Shown here: piece by piece, positions 33,634-42,533 of the stretch
Position numbering within the stretch: the first letter of the stretch is position 1
Layout of the letters: every line of letters starts with the position of its first letter
From: an uncultured Candidatus Rokubacteria bacterium
GTDB taxonomy: Bacteria > Methylomirabilota > Methylomirabilia > Rokubacteriales > DASRDR01
DNA length: 64,000 nt
Assembly: GCA_963805625.1 (NCBI GenBank)
Contig: CAWDVE010000011.1
Coordinates: 32,001 to 96,000 of the forward strand
Direction of reading: 5' to 3'
The notes under the pieces: model-generated
What the model saw: the letters and a program-made list of their open reading frames with translations, nothing else
What the model was told of the DNA's origin: nothing
Database searches by the model: none
Translations under genes and position numbers: made by a program

Positions 33634-33952
33634 CCGGCTGCCCGCCTCCCGGAGCGCGGCCTCCGCCGCGGTCCCCTACCGGCCACAGCCGTGAGGTCCG
33701 GACCCGGCGTCCCCGCGGAGCCTCGGTCAGAGCGGGGGCGCCCAGCGAGTCGGCGAGCTCGCGTGGCGGGGCGCGCGGCTCCTCGAGCTGGAGCGCCGGC
33801 CGCCGATGACCACGTCCGCCGCCAAGATCCTGCATCTCCACGCGCCGCGCTGAGCCGCGCCGCCGGGCAGGCCGGTGATATACTCACCGCCGCGCGACGG
33901 CCCGATCCCTCCGGACGCCGGCCGAGCCGCCGTGCGCGGGTCCCCTCACATC

Positions 33953-34801
33953 ATGTCGACGCTCCGGCACTTCCTCGACGCGATCAAGGTCGAGCACACC
34001 GTCTTCGCGCTGCCGTTCGCGTACCTCGGCATGGTGCTGGCGGCGCGCGGCTGGCCCGGGTGGCACGCCGTCCTCTGGATCAGCGTGGCCATGGTCGCGG
34101 CGCGGACGACCGCGATGGCGGCGAACCGCCTGATCGACCGCCACCTCGACGCCCGGAACCCGCGGACGGCCGGCCGCCACCTTCCGCGGGGGCTCCTCGC
34201 GCCGCGCGACCTCACCCTGGCCGCCCTCGCCTCGGCCGCGCTCTTCTTCGTGGCCGCGTGGCAGCTCGGGCCGCTCTGCCTCGCGCTGGCCCCGATCGCG
34301 CTCGTCTTTCTGGTGGGCTACTCCTACACGAAGCGCTTCACGTGGCTCTCGCACTGGATCCTCGGGTTCACGGACGGTGCGGCCGCGGCCGGCGCCTGGA
34401 TCGCCGTGCGCGGCACGATGGAGCTGCCGGCGTGGCTCCTCTGGCTCGCCGTCACCGTCTGGATCGCGGGCTTCGACCTCCTCTACGCCTGCCAGGACGT
34501 CGAGTTCGACCGGCGGGAAGGCCTCCACTCCGTGCCCGCCCGCTTCGGCATCGCCGCCGCGCTCCGGGCCGCGCGCGTCTCCCACGTCCTCACCGCCCTC
34601 GCCCTCGCCGCCGCGGGCTGGAGCCTCGGGCTCGGCGTGCTCTACTGGGTCGGCTGGCTCGTCGTGGTGGGGCTCCTCGTCTACGAGCACTCGCTCGTCT
34701 CGGCGACCGACCTCTCGCGGCTCGACATGGCCTTCTTCAACGTGAACGGCTACATCAGCGTCATCACGTTCGTCGCCGCGGTCGCCGGCCTGTGGTACTG
34801 A
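33953..34801 (+). CDS. ubiA: UbiA-like polyprenyltransferase (MqnP type)
   Basis: IKVEHTVFALPFA, NRLIDRHLDARNPRT, YSYTKRFT, YACQDVEFD. Confidence 0.93.
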   Translation: MSTLRHFLDAIKVEHTVFALPFAYLGMVLAARGWPGWHAVLWISVAMVAARTTAMAANRLIDRHLDARNPRTAGRHLPRGLLAPRDLTLAALASAALFFVAAWQLGPLCLALAPIALVFLVGYSYTKRFTWLSHWILGFTDGAAAAGAWIAVRGTMELPAWLLWLAVTVWIAGFDLLYACQDVEFDRREGLHSVPARFGIAAALRAARVSHVLTALALAAAGWSLGLGVLYWVGWLVVVGLLVYEHSLVSATDLSRLDMAFFNVNGYISVITFVAAVAGLWY

Positions 34802-34874
34802 CCCGACTCGCCCTTCGAGCGTCCACCCGCGGGTCCTGTCGCCGGCCCCCGCAGCTGTCGTGGGAATCGGCGGC

Positions 34875-35618
34875 GTGAACGACAAGTCGACGCGGGTGCA
34901 GGCGATGTTCGCGCGCATCGCGCCGCGCTACGACCTCATGAACGCGCTGATGACGGGCGGGCGCGACCGCGCGTGGCGGCGGGCCGCCGCGCGCCTCGCC
35001 GCGCCGCCGGCGGGGAGCCTCGCCCTCGACCTCGCCACCGGCACGGGCGACCTCGCGCTCGCGCTCCTCCGCGAGACCCGGGTGCGAGGCGTGGTGGGCG
35101 TCGACTTCGTCGAGGGGATGCTGCGCCTCGGCCGGGCGAAGCTCGGCACCCTCGGGGAGCGGCGGGTCCGGCTCCTCGCGGGCGACGCGCTGGCACTCCC
35201 GTTCGCCGATGCGAGCTTCGGCTGCGTCGGGTCGGCCTTCCTCCTGCGGAACCTGGCCGACCTGCGGGCCGGTCTCGCCGAGATGCGGCGCGTGACCGCC
35301 CCGGGCGGGAGCGTCGTTGCGCTCGAGATCACGCAGCCGACCCTCCCCGGCTGGCGCCAGGCCTTCCGCCTCTACTTCCACCACGTCGTCCCGGCGGTAG
35401 GGGCGCTGATCGCGGGGAACCGCGAGGCCTACACGTACCTGCCGCAGTCGGTCGACCGCTTCGTGACGCCGGGCGAGCTCGCCCGGCTCATGGAGGCGGT
35501 GGGGCTCCGCGACGTGCGCGTCTGGCGCGTGGGGCTCGGGACCGTGACGATTCACGTCGGTCATGTCGGTCACGCCACTTCCATCGGTCGCGCTGGGCGC
35601 GCGAGCGTCGCGGCCTGA
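34875..35618 (+). CDS. menG: Demethylmenaquinone methyltransferase
   Basis: MFARIAPRYDLMN, LDLATGTGD, AYTYLPQSV. Confidence 0.92.
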   Translation: MNDKSTRVQAMFARIAPRYDLMNALMTGGRDRAWRRAAARLAAPPAGSLALDLATGTGDLALALLRETRVRGVVGVDFVEGMLRLGRAKLGTLGERRVRLLAGDALALPFADASFGCVGSAFLLRNLADLRAGLAEMRRVTAPGGSVVALEITQPTLPGWRQAFRLYFHHVVPAVGALIAGNREAYTYLPQSVDRFVTPGELARLMEAVGLRDVRVWRVGLGTVTIHVGHVGHATSIGRAGRASVAA

Positions 35619-35633
35619 CCCGGAGGCATCGCC

Positions 35634-36425
35634 ATGCCTTTCCTCGAGCGCGACGGCGCCCGGCTCTACTACGAGACCCACGGCGCGGGCCCCGCGCTCG
35701 TCTTCGCCCACGGCCTGGGCGGGGGCCATCTCAGCTGGTGGCAGCAGGTGCCCCACTTCCGCGACCGCTACACGTGCGTGACCTTCGACCACCGGGGGTT
35801 CGGGCTCTCGCGGGAGACGCTCGGCGGGCGCGGCCCCGACGCCTACGTCGATGACCTCGCCGCGCTCGTCGACCACCTCGGGGTCCCGGACGTCAGGCTC
35901 GTGGCGCAGTCGATGGGCGGCTGGACCTGCCTCGGCTACGCGCTCCGTCATCCGGAGCGGGTGCGCGCTCTGGTGATGGCCTGCACCACGGGCACGCTCG
36001 ACGATCCGGAGACACTCAGCATCTTCCGCGCCCACGGAGCGACGCGGCCGGAGGCGGCGGTCTTCGCGAAAGGGATCCATCCCGCCTGCGGTGAACGCAT
36101 GGCGCGGGAGCAGCCCGCCCTCCACTTCCTCTACCGCGAGGTGGACGCGCTCTCGCACGACCTCGACAAGGACGCGGTGCGGAAGAAGCTGATCGCGATG
36201 CGGGCGACGCCGCGGGCGACGATCGCCGCCCTCCGGACGCCCCTCCTCTGCGTCACCGGCGAGGAGGACGTCGTCATCCCGCCGGCGGCCGTCGCCGTGC
36301 TGGCATCGATCGTCCCGGGCGCCCGGCTCGCGCGCGTGCCGGAGACGGGGCACTCCGTCTACTGGGAGCGGCCCGGCGCCTTCAACCGCCTCGTCGACGA
36401 GTTCCTGGCCGGCGCGGCGGGCTGA
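35634..36425 (+). CDS. Alpha/beta hydrolase
   Basis: HGLGG, DHRGFG, AQSMGG, GHSVYWE. Confidence 0.9.
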   Translation: MPFLERDGARLYYETHGAGPALVFAHGLGGGHLSWWQQVPHFRDRYTCVTFDHRGFGLSRETLGGRGPDAYVDDLAALVDHLGVPDVRLVAQSMGGWTCLGYALRHPERVRALVMACTTGTLDDPETLSIFRAHGATRPEAAVFAKGIHPACGERMAREQPALHFLYREVDALSHDLDKDAVRKKLIAMRATPRATIAALRTPLLCVTGEEDVVIPPAAVAVLASIVPGARLARVPETGHSVYWERPGAFNRLVDEFLAGAAG

Positions 36426-36433
36426 GCACGGCC

Positions 36434-36835
36434 GTGCCCGCTTTCGAGACGAGACGGCTCCCAGCGGAGCCCGACGCCCGCGCCCCGGACGGGGCCGACG
36501 TGCGGATCCTGCTCCGGCTCGCCGGCGGGAGCGTCGCACACTTCGAGCTCGGCCCGGGCCGGGTCTCGCGCGCGGTGACGCACCGGACAGTGGAGGAGAT
36601 CTGGTACGTCCTCGGCGGGCGGGGCGAGATGTGGCGGCGCCAGGGCGATCGCGAGAGCGTGGTCGTGCTCGAGGCCGGCGTGTGCCTCACGATCCCGCTC
36701 GGCACGCACTTCCAGTTCCGGTCCCTCGGTCCCGGATCGCTCGCCGCCGTCGCCGTCACGATGCCGCCCTGGCCCGGGCCGGACGAGGCGGTTCCGGGCG
36801 CCGGCACGTGGTCCCCGACCGAGCCGGCGGGCTGA
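36434..36835 (+). CDS. Cupin domain protein
   Basis: THRTVEEIWYVLGGRG, IPLGTHFQFR. Confidence 0.88.
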   Translation: MPAFETRRLPAEPDARAPDGADVRILLRLAGGSVAHFELGPGRVSRAVTHRTVEEIWYVLGGRGEMWRRQGDRESVVVLEAGVCLTIPLGTHFQFRSLGPGSLAAVAVTMPPWPGPDEAVPGAGTWSPTEPAG

Positions 36836-37063
36836 TCTGTCCCCGCGTCCGCCATGCGCTCAGGGCTGGCACCGATCGGCAGCAGTCGGCACGTCGATGC
36901 GCGAGACCAGGGCTTGGACCAGGTTCAGCCGGGGTGGCGCGGCCACGGGCCCGCGCCTATACTCCCTCTGGTGCCGGAGGGCCGGATCTCCGGCCTCTCG
37001 GAGCTGACGGCCGCCGCCCGCGGCGGCGATCCTCACGACGGACCATTCGGGAAGGAGCCTGAT

Positions 37064-37852
37064 GTGCGCGAGAACACGGTGAAGACGATCTGGGCCAAGG
37101 GCGGGGTCGTGGTCAACGGGTGGTTGTCGATCCCGTCGAGTTTCTCGGCGGAGGTGATGGCGCACCAGGGCTTCGACTCCCTGGTCGTGGACATGCAGCA
37201 CGGCGTCGTCGACTACCAGACCGCCGTGACGATGCTCCAGGCGATCTCGACGACGGGTGTGATCCCGTTCGCGCGCGTGCCCTGGAACGATCCGGCCCAC
37301 ATCATGAAGATCCTGGACGCCGGCGCCTACGGGATCATCTGCCCGATGATCAACTCCCGGAAGGAAGCCGAGCAGCTCGTCCGCACCTGCAAGTACGCGC
37401 CGAAGGGCTACCGGAGCTTCGGCCCCGTGCGCGCGTCGATCTACGCCGGCTCGGACTACGCCCAGCACGCGAACGACACGCTCGTCGTGATGCCGATGAT
37501 CGAGACGAAGGAAGCCGTCCAGAACATCGACGAGATCCTGAGCACGCCCGGCGTCGACGCGATCTACGTCGGCCCTGCCGACCTCTCGCTCACGCTCGGC
37601 TGCACGCCAAAGCTCGACCAGACGGAGGCGCCGGTCGTCGAGGCCCTCGGCAAGATCCTGGCCGCCTGCAAGCGCCACAAGGTGATCGCCGGCCTCCACA
37701 ACGCGACCAGCCAGTACGCGCTCAAGATGGCCAGCCAGGGCTGGCAGTTCGTGACGCTCGCGAGCGACAGCCGCTTCCTCGCCGCCCGGGCCTCCGAGGA
37801 GGCCGCCGCCGTGAAGCAGACCGTCGCCAGCGGGAAGCTGCCCGCCTACTGA
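37064..37852 (+). CDS. HpcH/HpaI aldolase family protein
   Basis: VDMQHG, LDAGAYG, MIETKE, VGPADLS. Confidence 0.92.
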   Translation: MRENTVKTIWAKGGVVVNGWLSIPSSFSAEVMAHQGFDSLVVDMQHGVVDYQTAVTMLQAISTTGVIPFARVPWNDPAHIMKILDAGAYGIICPMINSRKEAEQLVRTCKYAPKGYRSFGPVRASIYAGSDYAQHANDTLVVMPMIETKEAVQNIDEILSTPGVDAIYVGPADLSLTLGCTPKLDQTEAPVVEALGKILAACKRHKVIAGLHNATSQYALKMASQGWQFVTLASDSRFLAARASEEAAAVKQTVASGKLPAY

Positions 37853-38088
37853 GGTGCCGGTTACTTCGCGCTTACGCCGAGCGGGGTAGCACCCCGGCTT
37901 GTTCCGGGGGGCTTGCCCCGCGGCGTGGGGTGGTGCGCGTGCCGAATACCATGGGCGAGGTCGTTCGGGGCGCGAGGCGAGATTACGGCGGGGCGGCGCC
38001 CAGGACCCGCTCGGGGTGCCGCTCCCCAATATATGGCATCTGACGCACCCCATAATCAACCGTCGGGGCCGAGCTATGCTGGGGGAGC

Positions 38089-40201
38089 ATGCCCATGACC
38101 ACCCCGCAGATCGAAGCGCTCCTCGCCCCCTTTCCGCCGGAGCGGACGTGGCTGCTGCCGGCGCTCCAGCGCGTCCAGGCGGAGCGGGGGTGGCTCGCCG
38201 CCGACGACCTCGCGGCGGTGGCCGCCCACCTCCACGTCCCGCGGAGCGAGGTCTACGGCGTCGCGACCCACTACCCTGAGTTCCGTCTCGCCGCGCCGGG
38301 GCGTCACGTCGTCCGCGTTTGCGCGGGCGTCTCCTGCCGCGTGAACGGAGGCCTCGGGTTGCTTGCCGAGCTCGAGCGGCGGCTCGGCATCGCGGCGGGG
38401 CACACGACGGCCGACGGCGAGGTGACGCTCGAGGAGGCTGACTGCTGCTTCGTCTGTAGCGTCGCGCCCGTGGTCGAGGTGGACCATGCCTACCTCGGCG
38501 GGCCAACGGCCGAGGCGGTTCTCGCGGCCGGCCGCGGCCCACATGCCGGCGCCCACGCAGCGCTGCCGTCCGGGATGGCCGTGACTGGTCCGCTCGCCGC
38601 GGGCGGCGGCGCGGCGGCCCCGGTGGCGGCGCCGTCAGGCTCGACCGCCCGGGCCCGGCTCGAGGCGCTCGTCGCCCGCGCGCGCCAACGAGACACGGGC
38701 ACGACGCGGCTCCTCGTCGCCACCGGCTCCTGCGGGCTCGCGCGCGGCGCGGCGGCGACGCGGGACACCCTCCAGGACGCGGTCCGGCGCGCGGGGCTCG
38801 CCGCGACGGTCGAGGACAGCGCGTGCACCGGCCTCTGTCACGCCCAGCCCGTCGTCGAAGTGCTCACGCCCAGCGTGCCACGCCTCACCGTAGAGCGCGT
38901 CACGCCCGACTGCGTCCCCGCGCTCCTGCGGCTCCTCCAGGGCGCGGGCGACCATAGCCTTTCGACGACGGCTTGGCCCCACGCGGCGCATCCCGTGCTC
39001 GGCGGCCAGGAGCGGATCCTCGCCGAGCGGTGGGGCGCGATCCGCCCGGGCTCGCTCGACGACGCGCTCTGCGCGGGCAGCTATGCCGCCCTCGCGGGCA
39101 CCCTGGACGCGGGCGACCCCGGCGCCGTCGCCGCCACCGTGAAGGCCGCGGGCCTCCTCGGCCGAGGCGGCGCCTACTTCCCGGCCGCGGTGAAGTGGGA
39201 GGGCTGCCGCGCCGCGCGCGGCGCGCCGAAGTACCTCGTGGCCAACGGCGAGGAGGGCGAGCCGGGGATTTTCAAGGACCGCCATCTGATGGAAGCGGAC
39301 CCGCACCGGCTCCTGGAGGGTATGCTTCTCGCCGCGTATGCGGCCGGCGCGAGCCGGGGCATTCTTTATATCCACGGCGAGGCGGGACTCTCAGCCGAGC
39401 GGTGCGCCGGGGCCGTGCGGGAGGCGCACGCCGCTGGGGCTCCTCGGCTCGCGCGTCCTCGGCACCGACTTCGCGTTCGAGGTCGAGATCCGGCGCGGCG
39501 CCGGCGGCTTCGTCCTCGGCGAGGAGACGGCCCTCCTCGAGTCGATCGAGGGCAAGCGCGCGATGCCGCGGCCGAAGCCTCCGTTCCCGGTGGACGTGGG
39601 CGTCCATGGCCAGCCCACGGTCATCAACAACGTGGAGACGCTCTCCGCAGTGCCGCTCATCGTGGGCGGCCGTCCCGAGGCGGCGCGCACGAAGCTCTTC
39701 GGTCTCTCGGGCCACGTCCTCTGGCCGGGCGTCGTCGAGGCGGCCCCGCCGCTCACGCTCCGGCGGCTGATCGACGGTCTTGGTGGCGGCCTCGCGACCG
39801 GGCGACCCCTCGGCGCGGTGGTGATCGGCGGGCCGTCCGGCATCGTCGTGCCGCCGGCGTTCCTCGACCGGCCTCTCGAGCGCCCGGCGCTCTCGCCCGG
39901 AACCGGCGGGATCGTCGCCCTCGACGCGCGAGCGGACGTCCGCGACGTGGTCCGGACGCTCCTCGCATTCAACGCCCGCGAGTCCTGCGGCAAGTGCACG
40001 CCCTGCCGCGAGGGCACGGCGCGGATGCTCGAGCTCCTCGACGGCGTCGCCCGCGCCGGGGTCGCCGACTCGCTCGCGGAGCTCCGCGAGCTGGCCGACG
40101 TCATCCAGCTAGCCTCGCTCTGCGGCCTCGGCCAGGCTGCGCCGCTCTCGCTCCGGGCCGCGCTCGAGCACTTCCCGGAGCGCCTCTCCGGCGCCCGCTG
40201 A
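38089..40201 (+). pseudogene. NuoE-NuoF fused diaphorase (formate dehydrogenase beta/gamma type), one frameshift near 39440
   Basis: CAGVSC...CCFVCSVAP, GRGGAYFP, NGEEGEPGIFKD, GEETALLESIEG, ESCGKCTPCREG, SLCGLG. Confidence 0.88.
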
Positions 40202-40231
40202 GGGTCGCCTCCGGCCGAAGGCCGCCCCTCG

Positions 40232-41287
40232 GTGCCAGACACGCCCGTCACGCCGGGCCTCCCGGGCGAGGGCGGCGATCCCGGCGGGCCCCTGTGGGCG
40301 GCGGCGCAGGTGCCGATCGGGGCCGCCGTCGACCCCGACCTCCTCCAACGCGACCCGGCCTACCGCGCCACGCTCGTGCGCGAGTTCAACGCGATCACGC
40401 CCGAGAACGCGATGAAGTGGGGCGCGGTCCACCCCTTCGAGCGCGAGTGGAGCTTCGACCCCGCGGACCAGCTGGTCACGTTCGCGGAGGCGCACGGGAT
40501 GCGCATCCACGGCCACACGCTCGTCTGGCACCGCCAGCTCGCCGACTGGCTGACGCCGGCGCTCACTCGGCGCGAGGTGGCGCGCGCTCTCGCCTCCCAC
40601 ATCGAGACCCTCGTGGGACGCTACGCGGGACGCATCGCGTCGTGGGACGTCGTCAACGAGGCGATCGCCGACGGCGGGGGCCTCCGCGACACCTACTTCC
40701 TCCGCGCCTGCGGGGAGGACCACATCGCGGAGGCCTTCCGGCGGGCCCACGCGGCCGATCCCGGCACCCGGCTCTACTACAACGACTACGGCGCTGAGAG
40801 GTCCGGGCGGAAGTCGGACGCGGTGTACGCGCTCGTCCGGCGGCTCCTCGACGCGGGCGTCCCCGTCCACGGGGTCGGCCTCCAGATGCACCTCCAGACC
40901 ACCCGCCCGCCGAAGCCCGCCGCCATCACGGCCAGCGTGGCGCGGCTCCTCGGGCTCGGCCTCGAGGTCCGGATCACGGAGATGGACGTCCGGGTCCGCA
41001 GGATCCGCCGGACGGATCCCCTCGCCCTCCAGCGCCGCGTCTACCACGACGCGATCGCGGCCTGCGCGGGGCTGTCGGGCTTCGCGGGCGTGACGTTCTG
41101 GGGCGTGAGCGACCGGCACTCCTGGGTCCACAGCGAGTTCGGCGAGGACGCTCCCCTGCTCTTCGATCGGGACTACGCGCCGAAGCCCGCCTACTTCGGC
41201 GTGCGCGACGCGCTCGCGGCGGCTCAGAAGGCCACGGCCAAGTCGATCCCGAACGTCCAGCCGGAGAACGCGTCGGACCAGAAGTAG
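40232..41287 (+). CDS. Glycoside hydrolase family 10 (endo-1,4-beta-xylanase-like), no signal peptide
   Basis: TPENAMKW, GHTLVWH, WDVVNE, LYYNDY, GLQMH, ITEMD. Confidence 0.92.
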   Translation: MPDTPVTPGLPGEGGDPGGPLWAAAQVPIGAAVDPDLLQRDPAYRATLVREFNAITPENAMKWGAVHPFEREWSFDPADQLVTFAEAHGMRIHGHTLVWHRQLADWLTPALTRREVARALASHIETLVGRYAGRIASWDVVNEAIADGGGLRDTYFLRACGEDHIAEAFRRAHAADPGTRLYYNDYGAERSGRKSDAVYALVRRLLDAGVPVHGVGLQMHLQTTRPPKPAAITASVARLLGLGLEVRITEMDVRVRRIRRTDPLALQRRVYHDAIAACAGLSGFAGVTFWGVSDRHSWVHSEFGEDAPLLFDRDYAPKPAYFGVRDALAAAQKATAKSIPNVQPENASDQK

Positions 41288-42213
41288 GAGCCCGCCAGCC
41301 CCACCTCTGTCACCTTCCAGAGCCGGCCCTTCGGATCAAGCGCGATGTGGGCCCCGGTCGAGTGGAAGTGGTCACTTTTGAGGCTCTGGCGGATCCCGCC
41401 GAAGAGCTCCGCGCGATTGACGAACCCGCCCACCAGGAGCGGCCAGCCGGCGACCTCCCAGGGCGTGACGACGTCAACCTCCACGCGGTTGTTCCAGACC
41501 TGGGACTCGCTCGTGAACGAGTATGCATCCGTCGAGCGCGCGATCGGGACGGTGGCGAAGTACGTGTAGGTCGACGTGAGCCCGAGCGTCACGCGCCCGA
41601 AGGTCGGCCGGTAGCGGAGCGCGAGCGAGGGGATGAACGTGAGCGTGTGCGTGTGCCAGTTGACGAGCTGCCCGTCGACCGCCTGCTCGGCCGCGCGCCC
41701 CGGCTCGGTCCCGGCATCGAAGTCGTTCTCCGTGTACGCGTAGAGCAGGCTGAAGCTCGGCAGCACGCTCAGGTCCGGCAGGAGCCCGATGCGCGGGCCC
41801 GCGCCGAGGCCGAGCGAGTAGGTGGTGTAGGTCGACTCGTTGCCAGCGAGCGGGCCGTTGCGGAACTGGTTGGTGAAGTAGGCGGTGCCCACCGAGCCGA
41901 GGAGGACCGGCGTCCAGGTGAGCCCACCCGCGCCGAGCGGTCTGGGGGCGCCCAGCTCCGTACTCCACGGGTACTTGAGGACGCCCGCGTCGACGTCGTT
42001 GAAGCCCCAGCCGAAGAGCCCGCCCTGGGGTGCCTCCTGGCCGCCGAGGATGGCGGTCGCCTCCACGCGGTTGCCGACGACCTGGTCGAGCTGGTTCCGG
42101 ATGTCCGTGAGCGACGGGGCCGGCTGGGCGGCGGCGCGCCGGGCCCCGCCGAGCAGGCACAGGACCAGCGCGAGCAGGACCGGAATCCACGATCTGGGCG
42201 TCGGTCTATGCAA
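41224..42213 (-). CDS. Solitary autotransporter-like outer membrane beta-barrel protein (start uncertain)
   Basis: Signal peptide ending AAA-QP, amphipathic beta strands, terminal aromatic ...IDLAVAF. Confidence 0.7.
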   Translation of the reverse strand: MHRPTPRSWIPVLLALVLCLLGGARRAAAQPAPSLTDIRNQLDQVVGNRVEATAILGGQEAPQGGLFGWGFNDVDAGVLKYPWSTELGAPRPLGAGGLTWTPVLLGSVGTAYFTNQFRNGPLAGNESTYTTYSLGLGAGPRIGLLPDLSVLPSFSLLYAYTENDFDAGTEPGRAAEQAVDGQLVNWHTHTLTFIPSLALRYRPTFGRVTLGLTSTYTYFATVPIARSTDAYSFTSESQVWNNRVEVDVVTPWEVAGWPLLVGGFVNRAELFGGIRQSLKSDHFHSTGAHIALDPKGRLWKVTEVGLAGSYFWSDAFSGWTFGIDLAVAF

Positions 42214-42280
42214 CGTGGCCAGGCTAGCAGCGGCGCCCCTCCGGCGAGGTCCGCAACCTTCGGAACACAGTCCCGAGATC

Positions 42281-42528
42281 AGCCACGCGCACGGGGCGGG
42301 ACCGGAGACGATTCGCCGATGGATCCGGACAGGCAGCTCCGCGCCCGGAAGATCGGCACCCAGCATGTCGTGGAAGAGCGCGATCTGGCGGTGCTGCTGG
42401 ACTGCAACTCGCTTCCGCTCCCGAGGGCCTGGACGATCACGAGCACCCGTGAACCGATGCCGAACGTCCTGGACGTCCTGGGTCGGTCGCGCAGCGCTGA
42501 CGTCGTACGCCCGGGCAAGGTATCCTAG
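42281..42528 (+). pseudogene. Excisionase-like HTH (HTH_17) relic
   Basis: PETIRRWIRTG / QLRARKIGTQHVVEERDL across a frameshift. Confidence 0.55.
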
Positions 42529-42533
42529 GAACC

